A stretch of 64,000 nucleotides of DNA from the NCBI GenBank assembly GCA_037441385.1, contig JBBISH010000022.1, positions 2-64,001 on the forward strand, in the 5' to 3' direction. Source of the DNA: Myxococcales bacterium (GTDB taxonomy: Bacteria; Myxococcota_A; UBA9042). How positions within the stretch are numbered: the stretch's first letter is position 1; every line of letters begins with the position of its first letter. Below the pieces are notes generated by a model. It worked only from the letters and a program-made list of their open reading frames with translations. It was not told where the DNA came from and did no database searches. A program made the translations under genes and the position numbers. Shown piece after piece: positions 53,132-62,900 of the stretch.

Positions 53132-53158
53132 TGTCAAGTGTCAATACCTGACACCCTC
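53132..53158. repeat. Right copy of the inverted repeat, overlapping the last codons of the RND gene
   Basis: TGTCAAGTGTCAATACCTGACACCCTC. It is internally palindromic (GGTGTCA...TGACACC) and has a TGTCAA direct repeat. Confidence 0.6.
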
Positions 53159-56100
53159 CTCGTCCTCGTAACCACCCGGTCGGCCACCACGTAGAAGCAC
53201 GGGACCACCAGTAGGCTCAGCGCCGTGGACACCACCAGACCGCCAATGATCGCCAGCGCCATCGGCCCGCGCACCTCGGCACCGGGACCCAGGGCCAGCG
53301 CCGACGGCATCGCCGCCATCAAGGTCGCCAAGGAAGTCATGAGGATCGGCCGCAGCCGCACCGGCCCCGCCGCCAGCATCGCGTCCTTGGCCGTGGCGCC
53401 GCGCTCGCGCACCTGGTTGGCGTAGTCCACCAGCAGGATCGAGTTCTTCTTGACGATGCCCATCAGCAGCAGTAGGCCAATCATCGAGAAAATGTTCAAG
53501 GTTTTGCCCGACCACCACAGCGCCAGTGCCGCCCCCGCCACCGACAGCGGCAGAATGGTCAGCACCGTGACCGGGTGCAGCAGCGAGTTGAACTGCGCCG
53601 CCAGGATCATGTACGCCACCGCAATCCCCAGGATCAGCGCAAAGATCAGGCTCTGCATCGACTCACGAAACGCGATCGACGCGCCCGACATCACCACCCG
53701 CGTCCCCTGCGGCAGCTCGCCGCCCAGCTTCTCGACCAGGCGCAGCGCCTCGTCCTGGGCGTGCCCAGGCGCGATGTTGCCGGTAATGGTGATGGCGCGC
53801 TCGCGGTCTTTGCGGGTGATGGCCTGCAGTGCCGGCTTCTCGGACATCGTCACCAGCGACGAGATCGGGATGAGCTGCCCGGCCTTGTTGCGCACCCGCA
53901 GCGTATTGAGCGCCTCGGGGCGGCTGCGCTGGGCCTGCAGCAGGCGCACGCGCGTGTCCACCCGCCGGCCCGACTGGGTAAATTTCCCCACCTTGACGCC
54001 GCCGACCAGGGCGTTCAGCGTCGTGGCCACGTCCTCGATCGACACGCCCACGTCGCTGCAGCGGGCGCGGTCCGGCTCGATCTGCAGCTCGGGCTGGCCC
54101 AGTTGGTAGTCGCTGTCCACGTCGACCACCACGCCACCCTCGCGCAACTTGCGCAGCATCTCTTGGCTCGCGCCCACGAGTTGGTTCCAATCGGCGCCGC
54201 GCACGCTGAATTCGACCGGGTAGCCGCGGCTGGCGGCAAAGCCGGTCTGCGACACGTCCAGCGGCATGGCACGCAACCCAGGGATCGCGTTCAGCTCTTT
54301 GCGCAGCCAGCCGATGATGTCGTTTTGCGTGGCGCTCCGCTCCTTGGGGTCGGTCAGGGTCACGAAAAGCATCGCGCCGTTGACCGCGGTGGTGCCAAAC
54401 CCGCCGATGACGCCAAAGTAGCGCTCTACCTCGGGCCGGCCCGAGATCTTCTGCTCGGCCTTGCGCACGATGGTTTCGGTGGTCGGCAGATCCATCCCGA
54501 CGGCGGTCTGCATCCGCACCATGATCCGCGACTGGTCCTGGCTGGGCACCATCTCGGCCGGCAGTTGGCTCAACAGCTGCACGGCAAAGTACGTCACCGT
54601 CGCCGCCACCAGCACCACCACCAGCGGAATCTTCAGCACCGACCGCAGTTGCCACGCGTACACGCGCTGCAGCAGCTCGAAGCCGCGGTCCACCTGCCGA
54701 CCCAGCCAGGTGCGGTCGTGCTTGCCCACCTTGAGCAGCTGCGCACAGCGCGCCGGCGCCAGGGTGATCGCCTCCAGGTACGACAGCAGCACCGCGATCG
54801 ACAGCGCCACGCCAAACTGCAGGAAAAACTTGCCAATGATGCCCTGCATGAAGGCCACCGGCAGGAAGATCGCCACTACCGCCAGGGTCGCAGCCAGCGC
54901 CGCAAACGTGATCTCGCGGGTGCCCTCGCGCGAGGCTGTGACGTTGTCCGAGCCTTCCTCGGCGTGGCGGAAGATGTTCTCCAGCACCATGATGGCGTCG
55001 TCGACCACGATGCCCACCGCCAGCGACATTGCCAACAGCGTAAAAGTATTGAGGGTCCACCCCAAGAAATACATCACCGCCACGGTGCCCAGCAGCGACA
55101 TCGGGATCGCCAGCACCACGTTGACGGTCGACGTCAGCGACCCCAAGAACATCCAGCACACCAGCGCCGTCAGCGCGATGGCCAGGGCCAGCTCGAATTC
55201 GATCTCGTGCACCGAGTCTTCAACGAACACCGAAGTGTCAAAATTCACGCCCAGTTGCATCCCCGCCGGCAGCGTCTTCTTGATCTCCTCGATCATCGCT
55301 TTGACTTCGCGCGCCACCGCGACGGTGTTGGCGCCGCGCTGCTTTTTGATACCCATGCCCTGCGACGGCTCGCCGTTCACGCGACCGATGCGGCGCACGT
55401 CCTCGAAGCCGTCTTCGACCAGCGCCACATCGCGCAGCCGCACGGGGGTATTGCCTTGGGTCTTGATGGTAAGTCCGCGCAGCGTCTCTAGGTTTAGGGC
55501 TTCGCCCATCACCCGCACCGTCACTTCGCGCCCACCAGTTGACAGATAACCAGCCGGCAGCTCCACGTGCTCGCGCTTGAGCGCCGTCATCACCTCGGCC
55601 ACCGTCACGCCGCGCTCGTCCAGCTTCTCGGCGTCGATCCACACCCGCACCGAGCGGTCCAGGTAGCCGCCCAGCATCACCTCGCCCACGCCGGGCACCG
55701 TCTGCAGTTTCTCTTTGACGCGGTAGCGCGCGTAGTCCGACAGCGTCGCCCGCGGCAAGGGGCCAGACAGGCCCAACCACAGGATCGGATTGTCTTCTGG
55801 GTTGCTCTTGCTGATGACGGGCGGGTCCAAGTCACGCGGCAACCGTTGCTGCGCTTGGCTCACCTTGCTTTGCACCTCTTGCATCGCCACGTCGACGTTG
55901 CGCGAGATGTCGAGTTCCAGCGTGACGGTGGCTTGGCCCTGGCGCGAGACGGACGTGATGCTGCGCACGCCCTCGACCTGCATCAGATTTTCTTCTACGA
56001 TTTCAGAAACATCGTTCTCCATCACCTCCGGCGCGGCGCCCTCGCGGGTCAGCGAGACGGTGATGGTGGGGTAGTCCACATCGGGGAACTGGCTGACGCC

Positions 56101-56196
56101 GATGCGCTGCCCGGCCACCAGGCCAAACAGGATCAGCGCCGCCATGATCATCCAGGCGAGCACCGGGTTCTTGATGCAGATTTCCGTGATGTTCAC
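53134..56196 (-). CDS. RND multidrug-type efflux transporter (AcrB/HAE1-like)
   Basis: 1020 aa. The N-terminus is MNITEICIKNPVLAWMIMAALILFG...FPDVDYPTITV, with the 12-TM RND layout. GTG start in a GTGA overlap with the adaptor gene. Confidence 0.9.
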   Translation of the reverse strand: MNITEICIKNPVLAWMIMAALILFGLVAGQRIGVSQFPDVDYPTITVSLTREGAAPEVMENDVSEIVEENLMQVEGVRSITSVSRQGQATVTLELDISRNVDVAMQEVQSKVSQAQQRLPRDLDPPVISKSNPEDNPILWLGLSGPLPRATLSDYARYRVKEKLQTVPGVGEVMLGGYLDRSVRVWIDAEKLDERGVTVAEVMTALKREHVELPAGYLSTGGREVTVRVMGEALNLETLRGLTIKTQGNTPVRLRDVALVEDGFEDVRRIGRVNGEPSQGMGIKKQRGANTVAVAREVKAMIEEIKKTLPAGMQLGVNFDTSVFVEDSVHEIEFELALAIALTALVCWMFLGSLTSTVNVVLAIPMSLLGTVAVMYFLGWTLNTFTLLAMSLAVGIVVDDAIMVLENIFRHAEEGSDNVTASREGTREITFAALAATLAVVAIFLPVAFMQGIIGKFFLQFGVALSIAVLLSYLEAITLAPARCAQLLKVGKHDRTWLGRQVDRGFELLQRVYAWQLRSVLKIPLVVVLVAATVTYFAVQLLSQLPAEMVPSQDQSRIMVRMQTAVGMDLPTTETIVRKAEQKISGRPEVERYFGVIGGFGTTAVNGAMLFVTLTDPKERSATQNDIIGWLRKELNAIPGLRAMPLDVSQTGFAASRGYPVEFSVRGADWNQLVGASQEMLRKLREGGVVVDVDSDYQLGQPELQIEPDRARCSDVGVSIEDVATTLNALVGGVKVGKFTQSGRRVDTRVRLLQAQRSRPEALNTLRVRNKAGQLIPISSLVTMSEKPALQAITRKDRERAITITGNIAPGHAQDEALRLVEKLGGELPQGTRVVMSGASIAFRESMQSLIFALILGIAVAYMILAAQFNSLLHPVTVLTILPLSVAGAALALWWSGKTLNIFSMIGLLLLMGIVKKNSILLVDYANQVRERGATAKDAMLAAGPVRLRPILMTSLATLMAAMPSALALGPGAEVRGPMALAIIGGLVVSTALSLLVVPCFYVVADRVVTRTRRVSGIDT

Positions 56197-57386
56197 GGTC
56201 GCCCCGTTGGCGTGACCGCGCCGGGGCCGCCGACTTCGCCGCTGGCCGGCCGATCGCGCGCCGTACCGGGCACTGCCGCAGGTACCACCTTGACTTGAGC
56301 GCCCTCGCGCAGGGCTTCGCCGCCGATCGTCACCAGCTGCTCACCGCCGTTGAGGCCCGCCACGACTTCGACCAAGTTGTCGCCCGTGCGCATGCCCAAC
56401 TGCAGGATCCGCTCTTTCGCCTTGCCGCCTTCGACCGTGAAAGCCAGGAAGCCCTTTTCGCTAGGACGAATCGCCGTTTCGGGCACCACCGGCGCGGGCC
56501 GCTTGCCGCCCACCGGGACCACCACTTCGGCAAATGCGCCGGGACGCAGGTCGTCGCTGGCGCCCTCGATGACCGCCAGCACCTCGACCAGGCGCGAGGT
56601 CTCGTCGGCCCGGCCGCCAATGTGGCGAATCACAGCGGTATGCGTGCCCTCTACGCCGCGCACTCGGAAGCGGACGGTCATCTCGCGCTGCAGCCGCTGG
56701 GCGTCGGTCTCGCTCACCGCAAACCGCACCCGCAGCGGGTCCAAGCGGAGCAGGGTGGCGACGATCGCGCCCGGCTGCACATAACTGCCCGTCTGCACAC
56801 GCCTTGCCTCGATGCGACCCGCCGCGGGCGCTCGCACGCGCGCGTCGTGCAGGTTCAACTGCGCCAAATCCAGCGCGGCCTTGGCTTGGGCCAGCTCGGC
56901 TTCGCTGATCCGGTACTTGGCTTCGGCCGACTCGATCTCCTCGCCCGCCGCTACCTCGGGCCCCAAGGCTTTGCGCCGTTGCAGGATTTTCTTGGCGTCG
57001 GCCAGGTTGGCCTCTGCGCGCCGCAAAGTGGCGGTCGCCTGCTCCACGGCGATGCGATAGCGCTTCGGTTCGATCTCGGCCAAGACGTCGTCGGCCTGGA
57101 CGCGATCGCCCTCGACGAAGCTGACCTTTTCGACCGTACCGGCGACGCGGGCGGTGACTTGGGCCTCTTCAAAGGCGATGACTGTGCCCACGGCCGCCAG
57201 CGAATATTCCAGCTCGCGCACGGCCACGGTCTGAGTTTCGACCGGGAAGGCGCTGGGCGGCTTCTTGGCGCCGCCGCTGCCCGGCCCGCTGGCGGCTTTG
57301 TCAGCGCCGCCCTTGCAGGTCGTCAGGGCCGCCAGGCAAGTCGCAAGCGCAAGGAATTTGCTCAGCATGCTTGCCTGAATCGGCAT
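56193..57386 (-). CDS. RND efflux periplasmic adaptor lipoprotein
   Basis: Lipobox LTTC. It has a membrane-fusion hairpin and barrel. An alternative ATG lies at 57368. Confidence 0.85.
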   Translation of the reverse strand: MPIQASMLSKFLALATCLAALTTCKGGADKAASGPGSGGAKKPPSAFPVETQTVAVRELEYSLAAVGTVIAFEEAQVTARVAGTVEKVSFVEGDRVQADDVLAEIEPKRYRIAVEQATATLRRAEANLADAKKILQRRKALGPEVAAGEEIESAEAKYRISEAELAQAKAALDLAQLNLHDARVRAPAAGRIEARRVQTGSYVQPGAIVATLLRLDPLRVRFAVSETDAQRLQREMTVRFRVRGVEGTHTAVIRHIGGRADETSRLVEVLAVIEGASDDLRPGAFAEVVVPVGGKRPAPVVPETAIRPSEKGFLAFTVEGGKAKERILQLGMRTGDNLVEVVAGLNGGEQLVTIGGEALREGAQVKVVPAAVPGTARDRPASGEVGGPGAVTPTGRP

Positions 57387-57522
57387 TCACGGTCCGCTGC
57401 CGCCCGTCGCGGGCGCCCCGCAATGTACCATCCCCGACGCCTGCGGCAAATCGATGCCGCGGCCATGCCGGCGAGCTTGCAAGTATTTCACAATTGGCGC
57501 GCCTGCTGCTGGCGCCACCTCA

Positions 57523-57654
57523 TACCGGTTCCGTCCGAATCGGATCGAAAACTCGGGCAATCCTTCGGGCCCGAACCGGGGCCCCCGCTTGATTCTCGCC
57601 AGTTGCAGGAGGGGTCACTAAAACCGTACAGGCGTGAATCAAGTGGGGTGGGTA
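57523..57654 (+). mobile_element. 132-bp structured repeat, copy 4
   Basis: Exactly 132 bp with TA...TA ends. It is flanked by TCA at 57520-57522 and 57655-57657. Confidence 0.8.
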
Positions 57655-57708
57655 TCAGAACCATTGGCCGGCCTGCGCGCTTCTGGCAGACTGATCGCGG
57701 AGGGGTCC

Positions 57709-59514
57709 TTGCCGCGCTTCTGCTTCCCATTCCACGTCCGCCGCCACACCGCGGCCCTGTTGCTGGCGCTGGCGGCGTGGCAATGCAGCGATCCGGGCCG
57801 CGCCGATTCGGCCGACACGCTGGCCAACGGTGTAGCCGATGTGGCCGTATTCTTCGACGTGGCCGCGGCAAGCGACGCCAAGGGCCCCGGCGCGGCCGAC
57901 ACCCAAGTCGCCCCAGACGGAGCGCTTGGCGACGCCCACCTGGGCGATACCGCCGCGGGCGACGCAGGCCACGACGCCGACGCGGCGGCGGATGTCTCGT
58001 GCATCCCCAAGCCAGAGGCCTGCAACGGGCTCGACGACGACTGCGACGGCAAGACCGACAACAGCGCCTGCGACGACGCCAACAGCTGCACGATCGACAC
58101 GTGCAAGGGGGCGAGCGGCACCTGCGCCCACGCCGCCAAGGTGGGCGCCTGCGACGATGGCAACCCGTGCAGCCAAGACGATCAGTGCCAGTCCAGCCAA
58201 TGCGTCGCGGGCGTGCCCGCCACCTGCGACGACGAGAACCCTTGCACGGCCGACAGTTGTGACCCCGCCAGCGGCTGCAAATCGCTGCCGGTCGCCGCGA
58301 CGGCCTGCAGCGACGACGGCGACACCTGCACCGCCGACGTGTGCGACGCTGGCCTATGCACGCACCCCGTCATCGCCGGCCACTGCAAGATAGGCGGGGT
58401 CTGCGTGGCGGCCGGCACGCCAAGCGACAAGAATCCTTGCATGTTCTGCGATCCGGCCGTCACGCCGCTGCAGTACGCGCCCAAGGACGGCGCCGCGTGC
58501 GAAGACGGCAACCCATGCACCATGGGCGAGACCTGCCTGGGCGACCAATGCAAAGGCTCGCAAAAAGACTGCTCGTCGCTCGACGCAGCCTGCGTGGTCG
58601 GCGCCTGCAGCCCCGCCAGCGGCACCTGCGCCCCCTCGCCCAAGGCCAGCGGCACCGCTTGCGACGACGGCAACCCGTGCACCAGCCAAGACACATGCGA
58701 CGGCAACGGTCTCTGTGCCGCCCAACCGCTCAGCTGCGCCACGTTGGACGACGCCTGCCATACCGGTGTGTGCAATGGCGGCCAATGCTTGCAGCAAAAC
58801 AAGTCGAACGGTGTCGACTGCTCCGACGGCGACGCATGCACCGTGAGCGACAGCTGCAAGGCGGGCGCATGTACAGGGGTTCCCATGGATTGCAGCAGCC
58901 AAGCGGACCCATGCCACACCGGCGCCTGCGCGGCCGGCAAGTGCGGCCCGCTCGCCAAGCCCAACGGCACCAGCTGCGACGACGCAAGCCCGTGCACATC
59001 CAACGATATCTGCACCGGCGGCGTCTGCTCTGGCACGCTCGCCCAAGACAGCTACGAACCCAACAACAGCTCCAGCAGCTCGGCCACGCTGGCTGCCAAG
59101 AGCGACTGCGATCCCGAGTCGAGCCTGTCGGCCCTGGTCAGCCCGGCCGGCGACACCGACTGGTACACCTACGAAGTCAGCGACGACACGTTCTGCACCA
59201 TCAAGCCCAGCGTCACGCTCGACAACCTGGGCGGCGACTACGATGTGTGCATCTACTTTGTCTGCAAGGGCAAATCGGCGGCCTCTGACCAGGTTAGCTG
59301 CACCGCGGGGAGCAAGACGGCGGGGAACGGCCCTGGCGGCGCCTTCGGCTGCTGCTCGAGCAACCCAGGCACCGACCTGGAGTTCGCCAAAATCGACCCC
59401 TTGTGCTCGTTCTTGGCCACCGGCAGCGAGTCCGGGACGGTGTGGGTGCAGGTGACCAGCAAGTCGGGCGCCACCTGCGGTAGCTACAAAATGAACTGGA
59501 GCGCGCAGGATTAG
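57709..59514 (+). CDS. Secreted Cys-rich repeat protein with a C-terminal PPC-like (pre-peptidase C-terminal) domain
   Basis: Repeated C-x-D-G-N-P-C-T-x-D-x-C units. The C-terminus reads YEPNNS...SPAGDTDWYTYEV...GDYDVCIY. The ORF-track start at 57634 lies inside the repeat element. The TTG at 57709 has GGAGGGG upstream, but the start remains uncertain. Confidence 0.7.
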   Translation: MPRFCFPFHVRRHTAALLLALAAWQCSDPGRADSADTLANGVADVAVFFDVAAASDAKGPGAADTQVAPDGALGDAHLGDTAAGDAGHDADAAADVSCIPKPEACNGLDDDCDGKTDNSACDDANSCTIDTCKGASGTCAHAAKVGACDDGNPCSQDDQCQSSQCVAGVPATCDDENPCTADSCDPASGCKSLPVAATACSDDGDTCTADVCDAGLCTHPVIAGHCKIGGVCVAAGTPSDKNPCMFCDPAVTPLQYAPKDGAACEDGNPCTMGETCLGDQCKGSQKDCSSLDAACVVGACSPASGTCAPSPKASGTACDDGNPCTSQDTCDGNGLCAAQPLSCATLDDACHTGVCNGGQCLQQNKSNGVDCSDGDACTVSDSCKAGACTGVPMDCSSQADPCHTGACAAGKCGPLAKPNGTSCDDASPCTSNDICTGGVCSGTLAQDSYEPNNSSSSSATLAAKSDCDPESSLSALVSPAGDTDWYTYEVSDDTFCTIKPSVTLDNLGGDYDVCIYFVCKGKSAASDQVSCTAGSKTAGNGPGGAFGCCSSNPGTDLEFAKIDPLCSFLATGSESGTVWVQVTSKSGATCGSYKMNWSAQD

Positions 59515-59571
59515 AGACGCGGCCAATTACTGCTCATTCGTTCAGTAATTGCCGCTTCGGGCCGCGTCTCT
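59515..59571. repeat. Uninterrupted hairpin unit (the empty site) after the 57709 gene
   Basis: AGAGACGCGGCCAATTACTG-ctcattcgtt-CAGTAATTGCCGCTTCGGGCCGCGTCTCT. The same arms recur at 59669-59689 and 59834-59862, with the 132-bp element in the loop. Confidence 0.75.
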
Positions 59572-59692
59572 AGTCCCAAGTGGGGCGCAAGCGAGCGCCT
59601 GCGGCGACTCGCCGCGCCGAGTTCGAAGGTTCGGATGTGCGGAGAATGTCTGGCTTGAGCCGCGTTCTAGAGACGCGGCCAATTACTGCTCA

Positions 59693-59824
59693 TAGCCGTT
59701 CCGTCCGAATCGGATCGAAAACACGGGCAATTTTTCGGGCCCGAACCGGGGTCCCCACCTGATTCTCGCCAGTTGCAGAACGGGTCAGAAAAGCCGTACA
59801 GGCGCGAATCAGGTGGGGTGCGTA
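59693..59824 (+). mobile_element. 132-bp structured repeat, copy 5, inserted in a hairpin loop
   Basis: Exactly 132 bp with TA...TA ends. It is flanked by TCA at 59690-59692 and 59825-59827. The paralogous empty site has a single TCA at 59534-59536. Confidence 0.85.
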
Positions 59825-59966
59825 TCATTCGTTCAGTAATTACCGCTTCGGGCCGCGTCTCTAGCCCCAAGTGGGGCGCAAGCGAGCGCCTGCGGCGACT
59901 CGCCGCGCCGAGTTCCAAGGCCCGGACGCACAGAGAAGTTCGAAATTGATCGGGGATCTGCCCGGC

Positions 59967-62900
59967 CTACTTGATCCGCAGCAGTAGTCCGGTCTGGCCG
60001 GCGCTGGTCTGGCCCGATGGCACCATCGTTGCGCCTGTCGCCGCCGTTGCGGCCGAGCCCGCAAGGTAGATCGAGCCGTCGGTCGGGTTGGCCCAGGCCC
60101 GGCTCAGGGTCAGGCGGCCTGCGTTGTTGCTGTCGCAGGTGTACAGGGTCGCGGCCGTCACTTTCAGGTGGTCCCAGGCCCAGCCGCTGCTGGTGCGCGT
60201 GCCGTGCAACACGAACAAGTAGCGGCAGCCATTCAGTGTCGTATGGCCGCCGACAAACGCTTCCTTGTCCAGCACCGCTACCGCTTGCGGCACGTAGTTG
60301 TTGCTCGACCAGCTGCTGTTCACGCCGGATGCCTTCAGGCTGGGGGATTCAGCGCTCCAGCTGGTGCCGTTGAAACTCCAGATGACGGGGCTGCCCGACG
60401 CTGCCGGCGTGCCCACGGCTAGGATGTTGCTGGCCGACGAACCGTCGACCGCGGCCACGTAGGCGTTGCTGTTCGTTAGCAATTTGGTGTTGTTGGACGA
60501 CAGGTCCACGGTGCCGCCGGGCGCGACGCCGCTGCATAGGCCATTCAACGAATTCGAAGCGTTCCAATAGGCGACGTAGCCGGTGGTGTTCTGTGGCCGG
60601 TACACGACCATGAACGCTTCGCTGAGCGAGGGCCGGTAGATGCCCAAGACGTGGGCGTTGATCATGGCCGCACCACATCCAATCGCGAAGGTAGGCGGCG
60701 ACGCCACCACGCCCATCTCGCCCAGCTTGGCCGAGCTTGCGTCCCAAGTGTTGCTGGTTGGCGAATACTTGTATCGATACAAGGTACTCGCGGGCGTCAT
60801 GGTCGCGCCGTCGCCTGCACCGCCGCTCATGTAGTCTTCGCTCGACGACTGGGCGTCCAGCACCATCGCCGTGGTCCGCAACACCCGCGCAAGGTTGCTC
60901 AGCAGGGGACCGCCCGCGGTGTAGGGCGGATTGCCCGAATAGACCGCCGTGTACCCCGCAGAATCGGACGCGCTGCTGCCGATGGTGGCATGGCCGCCCG
61001 TGAGCAAGCGACTGCGGATGCTCCACAACTCTTCCGTCGCGCTCCAAGCCGTAGAGAGCGTGATCGGGGTAGCGCCCGTGTTGACGGTGAACGCGCCGCC
61101 GATCGGCGAACCGCCCGTGCTTGCGCTGACCGCTTGGCCGACCGCGGTGATTCCGCCGGCCTTGTCGGGGTTGATGTCCAACAGGCGCGTCAGGGTGCCG
61201 CCGCTGGCGGCGATGGTGGCCTGCTCGATGCCCGTGCACACCGCATTGCGGCACATGCCGTAGGCGGTGCCTGCGGGCGCGCTGCAGGCCGTGTCGGAAC
61301 CAAGTGCGGAATAGGCGCACAGGAAGCTGCCGTCGGGCTGCGCCGAGCAGCTGTCGGCCGTGCACGGGTTTTTGTCGTCGCAGGCGTTGCTGCCCGTGGG
61401 CACCTGGCATTCGCCGTACATGCAGCTTTCGCCCACCGTGCAGGGGTTGCCGTCGCTACACGCCGCGACGTTGAAGGCAAAGTTGCAGGTTCCGCCCGTC
61501 ATCGCGTCGCATGTGTCGTCGGTGCAGACGTTGCCGTCGTTGCAGTTCAGGGTTTGACCCGAGCAAGCGCCCGTGCCGCTGCAAGTTTCGCCCGAAGTGC
61601 ACAGCAACCCATCGGTGCACGACGATCCGGCCGCGCGGGCCGTAAAGCTGCTGCCGCCCTGGCAGCTCTTGCAGGGCTCGTTTGCGGCGATCATGCCGTA
61701 CGTGTAGCACACGCCGCCAACGGTGCACGGGTTGCCCGTGTCGCGGATGCGGCGAATCAGGTGGTTGTACGAGTCCGCTACATACAGGTAGCCCGACAGG
61801 TCCGAGGTGATGCCCCCCGGCATGTTGAACGACGCTTGCAGCGCGGGTCCAGGCGAGACGCTGCTGCCGCCGCCCGCAAAAGTGCCCACGCCGTTGGCAC
61901 CGCCGCGCCGCACCCTAGCGTTGTTGGTGTCGGCAATGAACACAGGGCCCCAGCTTGGCATCGTGATGCCGCTGGGGTAGTTGAACTCGACCGCCGCGAG
62001 GTTGGTCGAGTCGACGAGGCCGGCCTTGCCATCGCCCGCCACGGTGGTAACGACGCCGGCCGCGGTCACTTTACGCAGCTTGTGGTTGTTGGTGTCCACC
62101 ACATACAGCACGCCGTTGCCATCAAAGGCCAGGGCGGTCGGCTTGTTGAACGTGGCCTTGCCGCCGGTTCCCGTGCCGGTGTCGCCCGAGCCCGCCACGC
62201 CCGTGCCGGCCAGCGTGGTGACCAGGTTCGTGTTGGGATTGTAAAGGCGGATCGCGTGGTTGCCACTGTCGGCGATCGCGACCAAGCCGGACGAGCTGAC
62301 GGCGACGCCCATCGGCTTGCTGAATTGCGCCTCTTTGACTGCGCTGCCGTCGGTAAAGCCCTCGGTCCCGCCCGCCAGAGTGCTCACTGCGCCGCTGGTC
62401 ACGTCGACCAAGCGCAACGCGTGGTTGTTCGTGTCCACCACGTACAGATTGCCCTTGACGGCCGCGGCCACGCCCATGGGCAGGTTGAACATCGCCCCGG
62501 CGCCGGTGCCGTCCGAGAATCCGGCCGCAGTCCCGCCCGCCACCGTCGCCACCTTGCCGTCCAGCGTCACTGCGCGGATGGCGTGATTGTATGCGTCTGC
62601 CACGTAGATTTTCTGGTCGTAGGCCATAAAGGCCAAGCCGGCAGGGGTGTTGAACTTGGCTGCCGCGCCCGTGCCATCGGCCAGCGCACCGCCGCCCGAG
62701 CCGCTGTTGGGGTTGGGGATCTGGCCGGCCAACACATCGACCCACACTTGATTGCCGGGCTTGCACACACCGCTTTGGCAATTGTCGCCCACGGTGCACG
62801 CGTTGCCATCGCTGCAGGCCGTGCCCGCGGCGGCGTTGGTGTAGACGCAGCCGCTCGCCTTGCTGCAGGTGTCGACCGTGCAATCGTTCTTGTCGTCGCA

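Noticed and set aside
57371-57592. Small ORFs running through the 132-bp elements that share the peptide SVRIGSKTRAI(L/F)RARTG (also 59580-59762 and 28301-28768).
   Set aside because: The shared peptide is simply the conserved DNA read in one frame. The ORFs start and stop at different, unrelated flanking positions and have no ribosome-binding site.
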